Shown piece by piece: positions 1 to 13,778 of a stretch of DNA of 64,000 bases. Location of the stretch: assembly GCA_000182565.2 (NCBI GenBank), contig KQ257461.1. One strand, written 5' to 3'. Positions within the stretch are counted from its first letter, which is position 1. Every line of letters starts with the position of its first letter. This stretch comes from Spizellomyces punctatus DAOM BR117 (Eukaryota). A model generated the notes under the pieces. The model was not told where the DNA came from and did no database searches. It saw only the letters and a list, made by a program, of their open reading frames with translations. A program made the translations under genes and the position numbers.

Positions 1-859
1 GATCATCGACCTAGGGAAGAAAACTTTGCTCCAATGTACAGTATGCACTGAAATCTAAACCTGTGCACTGCTGGATGTGTTCACTGGTAACCATCTGCCC
101 CAAAATGCTTTCTAAAAAGAAACTCCTTAAGTTCAGTGCTACAACCTCGGTAGACTAGGTCTACATGTGTGTTTTGGCCAATTCGTTTTTCGCTTATCAT
201 TAGCTATGATCAAACTCTGGGGCTCCTCGGGACTATGTGGCACAGACATAGCTACAAAATCCAAATTATGTTGAGACATGGTTTGGACCTTATGGAATAC
301 GAGGACAAGGAGCCTAAAGTTACGATCCATACTTGGGACAATTGGGTAAATCTCTGGCTGTGGAAGGGGAGATGACCTCAACCAAACACAATCAATATTT
401 GATATACAGTCTTGGGTGAGTCTGACCGACAGCCTGACAACAAAAAGTATCAACACTTACTACAAACTACTGAGCAGGAGAATGAGCTGGATTTGAAATA
501 GCAGAACATACTCAAGAAGACTGTTGAACATATCAGATCGGGCAGAATTTTACACAGATATCTTTATCGATTTGTTCGTTCAGATGTTGATATTTACTTT
601 CTTCTCTCCTTCGATACAGCCAAAGGCCAAATGAGGATTGCTTTCATCTCAGACTTACAAGTCATCCATCATCTGCGTTTTGCTTCAATGAGCGAATGGA
701 CGGAATACCACATATGATTAGTCATTTGAATTCACACCGCTGTGTTTTGTCCGTGGCTCATCTAGCTTGTGGCACAGCAAACCCAGATTTTAAAACACTC
801 TTCTTGCTTTGGGCTGGTCAAAACTCCGCTCCACTTGCACCTCTACTTACTCAACAATC

Positions 860-2620
860 ATGTCGGATCGTTTCCTCTCACTCACACACCTAAGGCTCCG
901 CTACCCAGACGGTCTACCGATATCTGTGGTTGATGCTGTGCAAGCTGTTGATAAGCTGCTAAACAGCGAATGGTTTACTGATACATTCGCTGTCAACCGC
1001 CCAAATAGTGAGATTTTGGACGCTGTAAAAGACCTAAGAGTCTACATCTGCGATACAGCAACCTACAATGCAGGGGTCCTCGCTGCCACGCACACATTAC
1101 CTGACGTTATGGTCACCGATGAGATGGGCTGGTTTGATGCCCGACTTGATGATGAGACCATATACCTTAATGCGGAGGTTTGTAAAAAGATCACCATTAA
1201 TAATGCATATGTATACATTCTCAACAGTATACATAGTATTTTACTCCCAGACCCTATAATTCGAGGGGTATCCTCCCTGTATTGGCCATGGTGACTGTCG
1301 TGCACGAGTTGCAGCACTTTTTGCACTACAATTTTAACGTGCCTAGTCCCATCCATCCGATCCCTTCGATGAGGACCAAAGATCCTGTCGAGTCAGGACA
1401 TGAGTGGGAAATCCGTAACCTTGGGGGGGTATTAGGGAGAGCCTCTTTTGACAAAACCCCCAAAACGGTGAGATTTTTGTTACATAGTGTGGAGGCGATT
1501 GAAAATGGCACTAGGACCCATTATTATCCGGATTAATCCGGTTAATCATATCGCATAATCAGAACCCCCCTCTATCGTTCAGATTGGTGTGGCATGTATT
1601 GTAATGTTTTTTTTTTAAACTGCGGTGAGGCGCATGCCAAAGGTCTATAAAAGGGAGGCCTTTTCCCTCTTTCCTCTTTACCCATCCTCGACTCGAAGCA
1701 TCTGTGCAACGCTCATTGCGACCCACACAACCTCATCGCGACTCGGTCAACCATGAGAATGCCGATGTGGTGGTGTCGAGGACCTCGACCGCCCGACAGC
1801 AACCATGATCAGAACCAGCGGCAACCAATCGGATCCGATAACAAAACCTACTATTATACTGCCACATTAGTTGAGCTTGGTTGGTATGTATTGATGGCAT
1901 TTCTTGCATTTCTTGTCATCGGGTCACCTCGCTGACATGCAGTTTTTTTTAGTCTCCAAGCCTTGTCACTGAAAATCCACCAGCTTGTGACGCTGCCCAG
2001 TCGATTCGCTCCTGGATGCAAGAGTCTGGCTTCAATGCCATCAAGAGTTCTGGATCAAGGCTTAGTAGGGACCATGTGTGGTGGTGGGCAGTTATCCGGT
2101 TAGAACAACCGTTACGTATTGCGTGTATAATTGCCTAGTAGTAGTTAGATAGCTTTTCCGAACCGGTTGTCGCCGGTTTATTCCCTGGTGTAGTAGCTAG
2201 TGCCAGTTTCTGTCACCTCTACACTAACAAGCTAGTGATAACTTTTGATGTCCTAACTTGTTGCAAAAGATATCTTTCTGGGAGCGGGTCGGTTTCCTTA
2301 CACTCCCAGATTGCGAGACACTGGGCCCGCCGGCCTTAGAAAGCGGAGCGGTGCGGACACATGCTGCCGTGAGCGTTTGGGTGGAATTCAGCCGCAACCA
2401 TTGCCGACGCCAAGAGAAGTCGTACCCGACCGCAAGCCACGCGCGTAAGGTGATGACACAAATATGTGTCAAGAGAACTACGTTAGGTTTGATTCCCTGC
2501 TTGCTCATTGAGGCAGGGATACGTAGGCAGCGAGTCCTGGGACTCCCAGGATTCGTCCAACCTTTTTACTTTTTTTTTTTTTTTGTCGTAAAGCGTTATG
2601 GATCGGTTGGGACATCGTGA
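860..2620 (+). CDS. Zincin-like (HExxH) putative metallopeptidase; exons ~860-1177, 1237-1467, 2270-2620 (3' end uncertain); second intron contains a Fanzor ghost insertion
   Basis: Spliced frame is open: ...IYLNAE|YFTPRPYNSRGILPVLAMVTVVHELQHFLH...ESGHEWE...KTPKT|ISFWERVG. HELQH motif with a downstream Glu; GT-AG introns in phase 0, branch site CCTAAC before 2269. Confidence 0.6.
1487..2224 (+). mobile_element. Non-autonomous Fanzor (Spu-1-like) ghost transposon, copy 1
   Basis: Preceded by CATA (1483-1486) and followed by TA (2225-2226). Imperfect terminal inverted repeats GTGTGGAGGCGA ... TCACCTCTACAC. Near-identical to 26948-27709 with unrelated flanks. No Fanzor ORF inside. Confidence 0.85.
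2153..2241 (+). ncRNA. Fanzor omegaRNA-like scaffold (2153-2226) plus predicted flank-derived guide ACAAGCTAGTGATAA
   Basis: CTTTTCCGAACCGGTTGTCGCCGGTTTATTCCCTGGTGTAGTAGCTAGTGCCAG...CTCTACACTA closely resembles the SpuFz1 omegaRNA scaffold as recalled (GTTTTCCGAGCCGGTTGTCGCGCGGTTCAATCCCTGGTG...GCTAGTGCCA...CACTA) and lies at the element's right end. Confidence 0.8.
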
Positions 2621-2645
2621 CACAATGCAGATCCCATGTCTCATC

Positions 2646-4115
2646 TCATCTATGTTTCGCTACAGCGAGCTCCTCATGCTCTATAATTGCAGATGGTGCC
2701 GACCTTCCAACATGGCTATACTGATCACTATCGACAATCGTGCCCTCTTCTAGTGAAGGGGGGACGACTAGAATTCTCTCACTAGAATACGTACCCAAGC
2801 GATATACTACAATAGCTACCAATGTGACGACAACAAATGTGGTAATCACCACATAGCCCACAATGCCAAACTCCTCATCAACCTTCCGGATAGCGTCCCA
2901 AAACCCACCTGTCATATCGTATTTTTCGGCAATGATCGACAACACTTCGATTGTACCAACAAAAATTGCTACAAGCACTGATAGCAGTGTGATAACAAAA
3001 TTGTAGTACAGCTTGAGCGCCGGATTGACCATGGCGTAGCGGTATGTCGCAAGCTACATTGAGGGTAGAACTGCGTCAGATCCATAGAAGATCATGATAC
3101 ACATAACATGTTGCGGCCGCTACCATTACTATTCCGTCCAGTGTATCGATGAATGTCATTCCCGCAGTGAATAGCGCAGGCAAGAAAAGAACCAAACCGA
3201 GGGGTATCCCCGTGCCAGCTTGCGTTGCACTTATGCCAAGGAGAGTGATTTCAGTAGCCGTGTCGAAGCCAATGCCGCTATTGCGTCCAGATTTAGCTGT
3301 GGTGGAAGTTCCCATTTTTGGAATTGCTCTAGCAGCGCGTACAATAAAATACCCAACGGATACATCTTCCATGGCGCTGAGGAAGCAAGTCAGAGCGATC
3401 TAGATGCGCCCGCATGCATACTTTGGGCCGCTTACCGTTAATAAACTTGAAGACTGGACGGAAGAACCTTCCTAGAAATCCGCCCGTCTTCAAGATCTCA
3501 TCATTTTCCACGTGTGCAAGGTTTCTGCATAGCAGAACAGGTCAGCAATGTGCTAACGTAGGACGCTACCTCTTGTGGTACGAAAACTCACCCTCCGTTG
3601 CGCATGCGCTTCATGTTTCTGATGATGCCAACTAGCACGACAATGTTACATGCCGCTATCAAGAACAGGAAGGTAGCGCTCACAATAGTTCCTGTAATTC
3701 CCCACCCTGAATCGGAAAGCCCTCTTGCTGTCACAGCCAATACGACCGTTGCCACAATCACAATAGTGGAATGTCCAAGTGCAAACCAGAACCCGACGGT
3801 GCAGGGATAGGTGCGACCATTATCATCCTGACTCAGCTTCCGCGTAACATTATCAATTGCAGCAATGTGGTCAGCGTCCACAGCGTGCCGAAGCCCCAGT
3901 GTCCAGGCGAGGAGCAAAGTTGCTTGCGCAGTGGGATACGGCCGGTAGCATATAAAGGCTGCAACCCAGATCAGTGCATTCGCCACGGCCAGTGCAACGA
4001 TGATGAATGTTGCCTTTCGAACTACTGGGCGTGGTAGAACACGGAAAAGTGCATGAAAGCGCGACTTTTGGTCCTTCTCGTCATGCGAGACTTCCATGGC
4101 AGGTGCCGGCTCCAT
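2646..4115 (-). CDS. nic1: High-affinity nickel/cobalt transporter, NiCoT (HoxN/NixA/Nic1) family, multi-exon
   Basis: Signature motifs LGLRHAVDADHIAAID, FALGHSTIV, GFDTATE and LFTAGMTFIDTLDG spread over ORFs 3588-4115, 3329-3511, 3076-3372 and 2646-3032. Confidence 0.92.
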
Positions 4116-5591
4116 TAATGTGGCTCGTGACGAGTAGCGAGTTGGGCACCCGTTCCACCACCAAAGTTGTGTTCTAAATGCCAGGCAACAAATGTCGCTC
4201 AGTTATTGCTTATCGTGCAGGGTGCTTATCGCGGTGGACAACCTTGCCATGCCAACAACGTCCTCCAATCAACTCCTGAATAACCACGTGACATTTTATG
4301 ATAGTATAAAAGCGTCTGTCTGAAGCAACTTTTGATTTTCTTTATCGACCAACTCTTCAGGATCATATGTGGAGTCTGTCGTACCTCGCTTTGTTTTCTA
4401 ACAAAGTCGCACATATCACCAAGGATGATGAGATGGAGAGCCTCCATCCAACGAGAAGTGGGGAGTTTTGGAAGCGTACTTTCACGTCGGTTCCCTCCCG
4501 TTGAAGATTTCTCCTCTGGGATATTCCAATCCGGTAGGAAGGATGGTGGGCTCCGTCTGACTTGGTGTGGCATTGAGTGTGTGGCATTGCCGCAATCTTT
4601 AGGCTTTGGCGCCTTTGTTGTCTCTTTGGTCTGAACGTTGCGTGCAATGCCACTCTTTATTGAATCAGGGTCGTCAATGATTATACTCTTTTTATATTTG
4701 CTACTTCAGAGACTCACATATGTGGGTCCATGAGAATGATTATCCACCCATAGAATATGATACGAACCTGAATTCTTTTTCATGCGCACTTTTTACATGA
4801 CGTCCGTGGGCGGAATATCCGCTTCATGTCGCTTGCATCTTTCATCGCACCAAAAAAACGGCATGTCGTGCGTCGACTGCCCAAGGTATTTGCCCCCCCC
4901 CCACATAAAGCCAGCCACACGTCAGCCACACGCCACTAAAAACGCTGTGTGGCGCTAGTGTGGCTGTCATAAAATTCAATATATCCTTTTTTGCTGTTCG
5001 GATGGAGCCACCGATGGCATAGTCATGCTGTGCCACTGCCTTTGTGGACGCTCAAAGGCCGCTTTGGACCAAACTTGAAATTTTGGCAAAGGTTGGGAAC
5101 TTGCTTTTTGCAAACGAAATTCCTTTGAGCTCCCGGTCTGCGAAGGAGGGCCGGTAAGACCATGGCATGGAAGGGTGTTTGCTTGCATATGGTGTTTACT
5201 GATTAGAGCCGTTGATGATACAGAGGATCCGTTGTCATTGTTGCTTGGTTTGTGCAGGCATTTTGTTCAACGTCGGAGGGTTTTGTCTGCACATTGCTTG
5301 GGATCATTGAAAAGGTATGTGTATATGAGCTGCATGGCCGAGTGATGCGGGCTGCCATGCACAAGAGTCCTAACTCTAAATGTTCGTGCGTGGACTTTTG
5401 CAGTTTGGTATTGTTTGCGGTGGCTTGTGAGCGATATGGCTGATACGCAAGAGCTTCAACCAAAGGAAGAGCTCCAAAGGACGGTAAGGGCAATACACTT
5501 TTCAGATATATGAGAAAGTGGACAATGCGCTAAACAATTTTGACTAATTTGCTAGGAGTCACCCATTCCTACGGTCTCCAGCCAAAAGTAC

Positions 5592-8500
5592 ATGAACCTT
5601 CCCGCACCGGTCATATCGGGCATTGTGACATATCTGGACCATGCTGATCAAGTATCTGCTCTTTTGGTGTGCCGAGGCTGGTCGCGACCTGTAGCGGAAG
5701 CCATGTACAGAGCGCCACCGTTGCAGTCTTCCGACTCGTTCGAGCGCCTCATGTCGTTGCTCAACACACCACTGCCGGCGCATCCCTATCCGGAAATGAT
5801 TCGCGAACTAGACATTGGCAGCTCAGCGGCAGACAACCTGTACATGGGTGATCTGGATGCGACTCTTGCTGTTTGCACAAATCTGGAGGTGTTTAGATTG
5901 GAGAACTGCTTTCACATTTCCAATATTCTTGTGCGTTCGCTTTCGACGCATTGTCCAAGTTTGAAGCAGGTATGTAACTTCCATAGGGTGTCTTTAGCTA
6001 TCAACCAGTGCTGAAATCTCAATTACATGAACAGGTCGACTTGCCAGGCTGCCCTATTTCCGATTCGTTCATTCCGGTTTTGAGCAAGAACTGTCGGCAG
6101 ATCGAACGCTTGGACCTCAGCTTCACCAACCTTACTGTCGCGTCGCTGCATGCGATTGTGCTAAACTGCGATAGCCTCATCCAGCTCGACCTTTCCGAGT
6201 GCCGGCCAGTGGAGGAAGACACTGTGCTTGATCTGTCCAACAAGGGTTTTACGCGACCACTCCAGTGGCTAAATTTGCGTAATACTCCTGTGAGCGACGA
6301 TCTCCTTCGGTTCACGGCTACACATTGTCCGAATCTAGAAGACTTGGTGTTGGAGTCTTGTACCGAAATTACCGATGATGCACTCGTCAAGGTTGCAAAC
6401 ACTTGCACAAAGCTACGCCGGTTGGACGTGTCCTTTTGTGACAACATCTCCGATCTTTCACTGCAAGCGTTCGCAATGCGAGCCTCATCAGCAAATGGGG
6501 GAACACTGCGCGAGCTGTACTTGACAGCCTGCGATAGTATTGGTGCTATTGCAGTGCATAATCTTGCACAAAAGTGTACAAATCTCGATCTTCTGGTGCT
6601 TGATGGATGTGACAAGATTCTAGGAACGTTTGTCCAGTCTTTTGCTTCTCAACCGTCAGATGAACTTGAGTGTCTCTTGGAAGGGGAAGCCATCCGTCTT
6701 TTTGCCGCACACGTCCCAGGATCTAACCCTGTCACACCACCTGCTTCTCCGGGCCGCCCAGCTGGAGCGGCTACAAACTACAAGGTTCAAGTTAGCTATG
6801 CCACGACATATGGTGAAAATGCAGACGTTGGCGGCTGGCGGTCGATGAGCAATGTGTATGGTCCGGGTGGGCAGGATTCCGCGGCGCTGGCGGCCGCCGC
6901 CCTAGAGGCCGCAAAGGTGCAGGCTTCATCCGGTGCGCAGCTTCATCGAAGCCTCTCACGGCGTACGTCTCGTTCGATGTTGCGTAAGCGATCTTCGATG
7001 AGTCTGGCGGACGCAGCAGCTGAAGCCGAAGCCGCAAAACAAGAACGGCAAGAAAAGATACGCGAAAAGCGCAGATCCCGGACATCCATCGATCCAACCC
7101 CAGCACCGCCGCCTCCCGTCGTTTCTGCACCAATCGTGGAACCCACGCCTGCGCCTGTACCAGCAGTCACTGCTGGTCAATTGCTCGCTTCCGGCAGGAC
7201 GTCACCTCCGTCAGGAGAAGAAATCGCTGGTGCGATTCCGCTGGCATCTGGACGCCGGAGGAGCCAGCCACCACCGCCAGCCAGCGATTCCGCAACAAAC
7301 CCGCCATCTACCACACAAGGGCAAGGTTGGGGAGCTGCAGCGTCTTCCGCGACTTCGAACTGGGGTGCGCCTCCGGCACTTGTATCGGCGCCTGCATCTG
7401 CGACCAACTGGCAACAGAAGCCTGTAGATTCGTGGAATCAAGGTACACAGTCTACCGCGGCGCCAGCAACAAACTGGACAAACCCCACTCCACCGGCGTC
7501 ACCTGGCGTTAACGGTGTACCTGATCAGCAACCTGTTCCCGCGCCGTTAGACAAAGTTCGTCGGCGTAGTATACCCGTACCTGCTGGTCCGCCACCTCCT
7601 GGAACCAACACAGCATGGTCAACCCCTGCTGGTCTTCAACCTCCCCCTGCTCCGATCATAAACGGAGGAGCGTCTGTGACACCACTTTCTGCACCACTAC
7701 CAGCTCCTGCACCCGCCCCTGCTGCTCCAGGGACAGAGACTGTCCTTCTTGCATCTGGTCGTGCGGCGCGTGCTGCGGCCGCAAAGGAGGCAACAATGGG
7801 CAACGGAGCTTCGCCAGCCCTATCTGATGGCGCGACGATATCATCTGGTGAAGGCGGTGAATCAGCGGTATTGCTTGCGTCTGGGCGTCGTCGCTCCCGC
7901 ACTGGTTCGATGACTTCACCCCCAGTGGCGGACGTTCCGGCCATTGCAACTAGCCTTCCTATGGGAAATGGAGCACCTGCCCTTCCCTCCCCATCAGGTC
8001 TTCCGGCCGCACCGCAGGCTGCGCAGCCCTGGGGCTCTAACCCCACCATTTGGACTAACCCCGCCCAGTTGACATCTGCAAGCTCGACGTGGTCTACAGC
8101 AAACTCCAGCACTACTGGGGGGTTTGTCGATCCGTGGGCAAAGTCACCTCAATCCCCTTTCTCTCCTGTCAGCAATGATCCCTGGGCAGCTCCACCATTG
8201 TCGTATCAACCACCTCAACAGCCGCTCGCTTCACCGCCTGTGGCGCCATATCCCCAACCTACACCATCGCCCACATGGGGACAAAACGGCGCTCCTACCA
8301 CAAACATTCGTCTTGCTGCTGCTCCCGGTTGGGGTGCAGCGCAAGGCGGAAGCTCTGGTTGGACTTCCACTTCACCCTACTCTCCCAATGGCGTCGGCCA
8401 GCCTTCTGGCGGTTACTTTGAACGAACAAGGGCAAGGATGCAAGCGACAGGGTTTGGCACGCAGGGTGGATACGGATATGGTCCAGCGGGTGACGATGAC

Positions 8501-8813
8501 ATGAACACGTCGAGCGGAGGCTTTGTCTTTTCATGCTCCAGAAGAGGGAAAATGCTGTTGAAATTGAAGATTGAAACCAAGACAGGAGGACATCAGACCT
8601 TGGCTGTACATGAGGTGAGTATTTATATTATTGCACGAGTGTAAATGATTCAAAATCTGATATCTTTGTTCATTTCACTAGTTTGATGATCCGCATCAAC
8701 TCGCCTCCGAGTTTTGCGCTTACTGGGACATGGCAGCGTTCCGTGAGCCATTGGTCCGGCTCATCTCGGTCCGGAAGACCAATGCAGTCAGACAGCGAGT
8801 TCATGCACATTAG
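5592..8813 (+). CDS. F-box/leucine-rich-repeat protein with a long Pro/Ala/Ser/Gly-rich tail; exons ~5592-5969, 6035-8614, 8682-8813
   Basis: N-terminal F-box-like LPAPVISGIVTYL...VCRGW; multiple LRR-CC repeats (LxxLDLSxC); canonical introns; last exon FDDPHQLASEFCAYW...AH*. Start codon could lie further upstream. Confidence 0.85.
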
Positions 8814-10798
8814 CATGTGCGGTTAAAAAAAAGCAAAGTATCATTGTATCATAGATGGGATGTGGGTTTCTGCTGAGTAGAACCTCATTGGAAGTCAGTA
8901 GACGAGTTATTCCTAATGGACGTCTTATGAACCGCGTAGCTCTTGAGTGTGTTCTCTGCGTCTCTATCTCCTAGAATTTCTTTTTACGTTGGCGCTGGTC
9001 TGTATTGTCTGTGTAGTCCCCCAATTTGCTATTTCCTGTAGTTAGGCGATCGTCCGCGAGGATGGACATTAGATGATGATATTTGTTGTGTAGGACTATA
9101 TTTACATACATATATAAACGAAGGCACATATCTTTTTGGCTTGCCAACAATGCGACTTACGCCTCGTACTGCAGGCACTTGCACAGTCCAGTGCGTATTC
9201 AATCGTGGCACCACACAACTGAATGTCTCTTTGGATTATCAATTATCCTGCAGCGACATCTGATTTGGATTTTTTTGCCATGTGAACCATGTTTTAAATA
9301 GTCGAACTTATCGATAAAAACCACAATGTAAACATCGTATCAAATCGTATCGATATCGTCTTTTCAGAGCCCTGAAGCAAAAGTATGTATACCCCAACAG
9401 GTTGTGAATCAACCACCGTCAATAGTTGTAAACAAGGGTGGTCTTGTTCAAGGTCTCACATTGAACTTGTCGCCAATAGGCTGCAAGCGATCTAGAAAGA
9501 TGTGAAGCATATGCAACGACCACAGATTTGAAACTCGTTGTTGCTCGTACCTACGTGTTCGTGTGTATCTGTGCGTATGTGTTCAAAAACAGTCCAAAAC
9601 CCTATCGAATAAAACCCTCAACACACACTGGCGGAGGGGGAAATAACACGAGCATAAAACCTCGTCGCGCGTCTCCTTATAAGCCTTTTGGACCATTCGG
9701 AGGGCTGTTGCTTGGCGTGTTTTTATTTTATTTTTGGCCCAGCTTGGAAGCAAACCATTCTTTTGCGGGAGAAACCAGGATTAACAAACAACCTAAACAA
9801 GCGACTTTGGGGCCAAACACCACATATGCGATGCTCATCAAAAGTGCTAACGCCCTCCAAGCACACATACACACCACATACATACGGACAAGAAACAGTT
9901 GCCTTGCTCCATTTTTAACTTGCCCATCAACTACGTCCTTTTTACTGATTTCATCAACAACGTCAACGACAAAACTCCTTCCATGTCAACCTTTTGACAT
10001 CGCCCTTTCAACGGACAGTAGGATGATAATAACAAACCATTGCATTGAACCACACCAATTGCATTTGAAAGAAAATGTTCAAAAACATTTTTATGCAAAT
10101 TTTTTTGGGAAACAAATTTGTGTGTCAGAACTGCAATTCAACAACTAATGTCTCAATAACTGCATTGACATTCCAATGTCATTCCATTTGTTGTCAAAAT
10201 GCATTCCAACTATTCCAACTTGACGTGTTGATGAGGTCCTCTCCTTCCCCCCCCTTCTCGCTGTTTGTTGGTTGGCTTGTTGGATTGCCGATTTTGGCCC
10301 ATTGGACAAGGTTGCAAGCGGTATCGGCTTTACACGCTGAACAAGACAATTTGGCTGCACGCACTCGTGTAGCTTTTATTCGTCTTGGTGCTTTACTTAT
10401 CTGTGCGATCACTCCATTACGGTAACGGTCGAGACTGTGGAATCCTGTACAAGCAAAACTAGGAGTTTGTTGGCACTTGCTCCTTCCGTCCGTGTGTGTG
10501 TACACACACGACTCTTTCGTTCCTGATCCCTTGCCCCCCGCCTTGCACTGTGTTTGGTTACGAACATTGTCAAGCCTCAACCCAACCGATACAACAAATA
10601 GCCAGTGGTACACTACGGTTGAAAATTCCCACGTCATCACCTTGTATCTTTTTGCGTTCCTTTTACACCTCTCGGTACTCTATTCGCGGACGACTGCCGT
10701 ACCATCACCCCTAAACGCACACAACTGACTACGGATACTGATCATTACCTTGGAGAGCTGATTTACGAGCTTTCAGTAGCGGCCCTGCTTTGGGAACG

Positions 10799-12969
10799 AT
10801 GAGGTCTTCCGGACAGGATGATGCGGCTGGCGAGCCAGGGGACATTGTTTTAAACGGTAGAGACCAGCAGACAACTGACCTTGATGATGGTCGTCTCATG
10901 GTCGATGGCGGCGCTGCCCGCAATGACGCTAGTGGACGAAGACAGAGTTGGTCGGGCGAGAGTGGGAGTGAATCCAGTGGTGAGCTCTGCGTCTTGATAA
11001 CCCTCTGTGGTAGCTGTGTTGCTAAAACTTGTGCATTATTTTCCTTAGATGATAAACTCGGGGTTTCTTCCGAGAAGCCAGCGTCGGGCTTGATGCTCCG
11101 GAAGGTGCCTTCTTTCAGCGCCTTGAGAACAAATCCAGCTCCACCCACGGCGCGTAGCACGCTACCCGTACGCCATAACCCTTTGCCGTCTGCCCACCAC
11201 AACAATGGACCCTATCCACACAATTACCATCCACACCATGTTACCCCCACACCGCTGCCCACCCGTGTTTCTAATACCACAACGAGCGTACCCTTGCCTC
11301 CGCCTACCGCTCGTAGCTCCACTCCTCAAGCAGACCCGAACCGACGACTCTCAAAGTTTAAGAGCGGCGATTCGATAAAGTCGTTAATGGGAGTGCTAGC
11401 CGATGGCGATCGTGACCGCGAACTGGTTGTAGAGACGGATGCAGCATTACAGGGACTAGGGCGACCGCCCCTTTTCAAAACTCCGGTATGTATTGGACCA
11501 TCGGCTAGATGTAAAGCAAATGACTGACCGTTACGTTCGTTAGACTGCGCCTGTCAAGGTCGCTAGGGCGGGCAAAATGGAAGAAGATGCCGAGGAATTT
11601 GTGTGGAGTGGTTCGCCCGATCCACACAAGACTCGCTCGAAACGTTCATTTTCGAATCACCTTCTTCCAGCCCCCAACGACCCTCCGCCTGGGATAGCGC
11701 CAATTGCAGCGTCAACGGCCCCTCGTCCAGACGGACTGCCAAACGAGTACTTACCTCCACCATCGGTTACAAACGGCTCCAATGCGAGCGCAAATGCGGA
11801 CCTGATGGCTCCCCGGTCTCAGGGACCAAAGCTAAAGAAGAGCTCAGAGTTCAAAGCGCTTCCAAAACGGAGCGGGCAACCTGCAGCTCCTTTCTTGCCG
11901 ATGTCGTCGGGGCATTATGGTGCTACGTCAAGTGCCGCTTTCCTTCAATCTCCTGCTCATACGATAGCAGATGTACCTGTGACGCTGACAATGCCGTCTT
12001 ATCGGCAGTCGCCTGTCATGACGCCAACTCTTCCGGGGCCTGGGGAAGGATCGGCATATATGCAGTATGCTGGACATGGTAATTTTGACAGTGAGAGGGC
12101 GTATTTACTTGGCACGAAAAGACACGAGTTTCGTCGACAAAGTCTTCCCCGCGACATTGAATCTTCAAGTGATTTTGAACGGTAATATTAAGTTCATTTT
12201 TGCATTAACGATATCCTTATGTAACCTTATTTTGTCTTTTTGTAGTCCGAAGGGCCGCTCCTTTGTGTTGTCTGTCGGATGTCTTGTGTTTGTTGCTCTC
12301 GCGCTTTTCGCCATGGTCGCCTTCTGTGTTCAGCCACTGACCAACCTGAGCATTCTTCGGGTTGGTAATATTCACGGTACACTTAGTATCTTTGAATTCG
12401 ACATGACGCTCTCTGCAACAAACGAGAATATTATTCCCGCCTATGTGGATGAATTGGACGTGGATGTCTTTGTGGGTGGTGGTAAGTGTTCACCTTGTTT
12501 TTCTTTTCTAATTTGGTATTCCAACCACTGTTTATGCTATAAGCCATAGGGTTAGAATCCGAGGACCTTTTCGAAAGCGGTGAAAGCAATAGTACTATTG
12601 CACTTGGCAAGGAGCTGTTGGGGCACGTCCGTCGTGTGACACCAACCACAACTTTCACGCCCTTGTCACGAACGAACGCGAACACGCACATTGCTATCCA
12701 TGACCCTGAAAATACACTTGGTAGAGTGTAAGTGTTCCTCATGAGGTTCATAGCATGGAATTAGGCTCCTAATTTTTGCAATCGTTAGGATATACATGCG
12801 CTTTCCGTATACCCTAACAGTGCGAGGATCCGTAACGTATTCGTCATTGTGGTGGTTTCAGTTTGTGGAAACTGTCGATTGTGTCACAAGAGTGGAAGCC
12901 AGTGGACGGACGGATCCTGGGAGGACATGGATATGTCATGCCGAGGGTGAATTGGAGGATTATGATTGA
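10799..12969 (+). CDS. VAC7: Vac7-like protein (Fab1 regulator, vacuolar segregation), multi-exon
   Basis: Long disordered N-terminus, one TM helix (LSVGCLVFVALALFAMVAFCV), then QPLTNLSI...FDMTLSATNENI...LDVDVF, LLGHV and PYTLTVRGSVTY, typical of the Vac7 C-terminal domain. Confidence 0.7.
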
Positions 12970-13778
12970 CATCCGCGAGACCCAATGGACGTTGTTTGTT
13001 CGTTTCATCTTTCAATGTAAATACCTTGTGGGAGGATAGAAGGGTGGCTTCAACGTTGACGAGCTAAATGTTGGCTTTTGGTTAAAACTGCTCAACCACA
13101 GTGACCCAACATTTGTCTGATGACTTGGCAGCCTGCCGCGATGGCGATTTTTTGTTTGGTTTTCGCAATAGTCATGTTGAATGTATATATAGAGAGCCTC
13201 GGTACGCGCAGTTCTTTTTTGTGCAATGTTTTTGGCAATATGCTCTTGCCAAGCGTACTGAGAGAGTAGAACATGAAAAATATAATGAAAAACACCAATC
13301 GTGTGAATTTTATAATGATACTTCACTTGAAAAAGGAACCGCCCACCCCGACAACCATGACAGAAACACACAACTCAAGAAAATACAAAAGGGGGCCTTG
13401 CAGTGAAAACAAGCACACCTGCAAAGAACAAAAAAAAAGAAATAGGAAACATTGCATCTTACACAATGCGATAAAAAAAAGACCGCACTTCACGCCCCCT
13501 GACTCGACTCGCTTCGACCGTATGCGTCAGAACGCAAAACAGATAAACTAGTATCCTCAAGTGTTGATCTCCTCCATCCTCCTCCAATACAGGCATGCAC
13601 AAATAACCACCACCGCCCTCCTCCAATTAGCGATGCAATCCCGCGAACAGTAGTCCATCCAATTTTCGCATTATCCAAGCATCTAAACAAGGTTCTCGCC
13701 ATGCCAAACCAAATGGATCCACAAGTCTATATCACATGGTAAAAAAGATGATCGTTTTGATTTTTTTTTTTTCGTTTT

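Noticed and set aside
1753-1935. Ghost internal ORF as a Fanzor fragment
   Set aside because: No RuvC or zinc-finger motifs and no resemblance to SpuFz1 as recalled.
2227-2235. Ghost 1 guide matches ACAAGCTAG in the RNA array
   Set aside because: Only 9 nt match and it is preceded by ACAG rather than the CATA TAM; probably chance.
6019-8534. Many long antisense or alternative-frame ORFs over the F-box gene (likewise over LARP1)
   Set aside because: Shadow ORFs of GC-rich coding sequence.
9528-10640. ORFs of 100-200 aa between the F-box and Vac7-like genes
   Set aside because: Non-ATG starts, atypical composition and no recognisable motifs; likely UTR or intergenic sequence.
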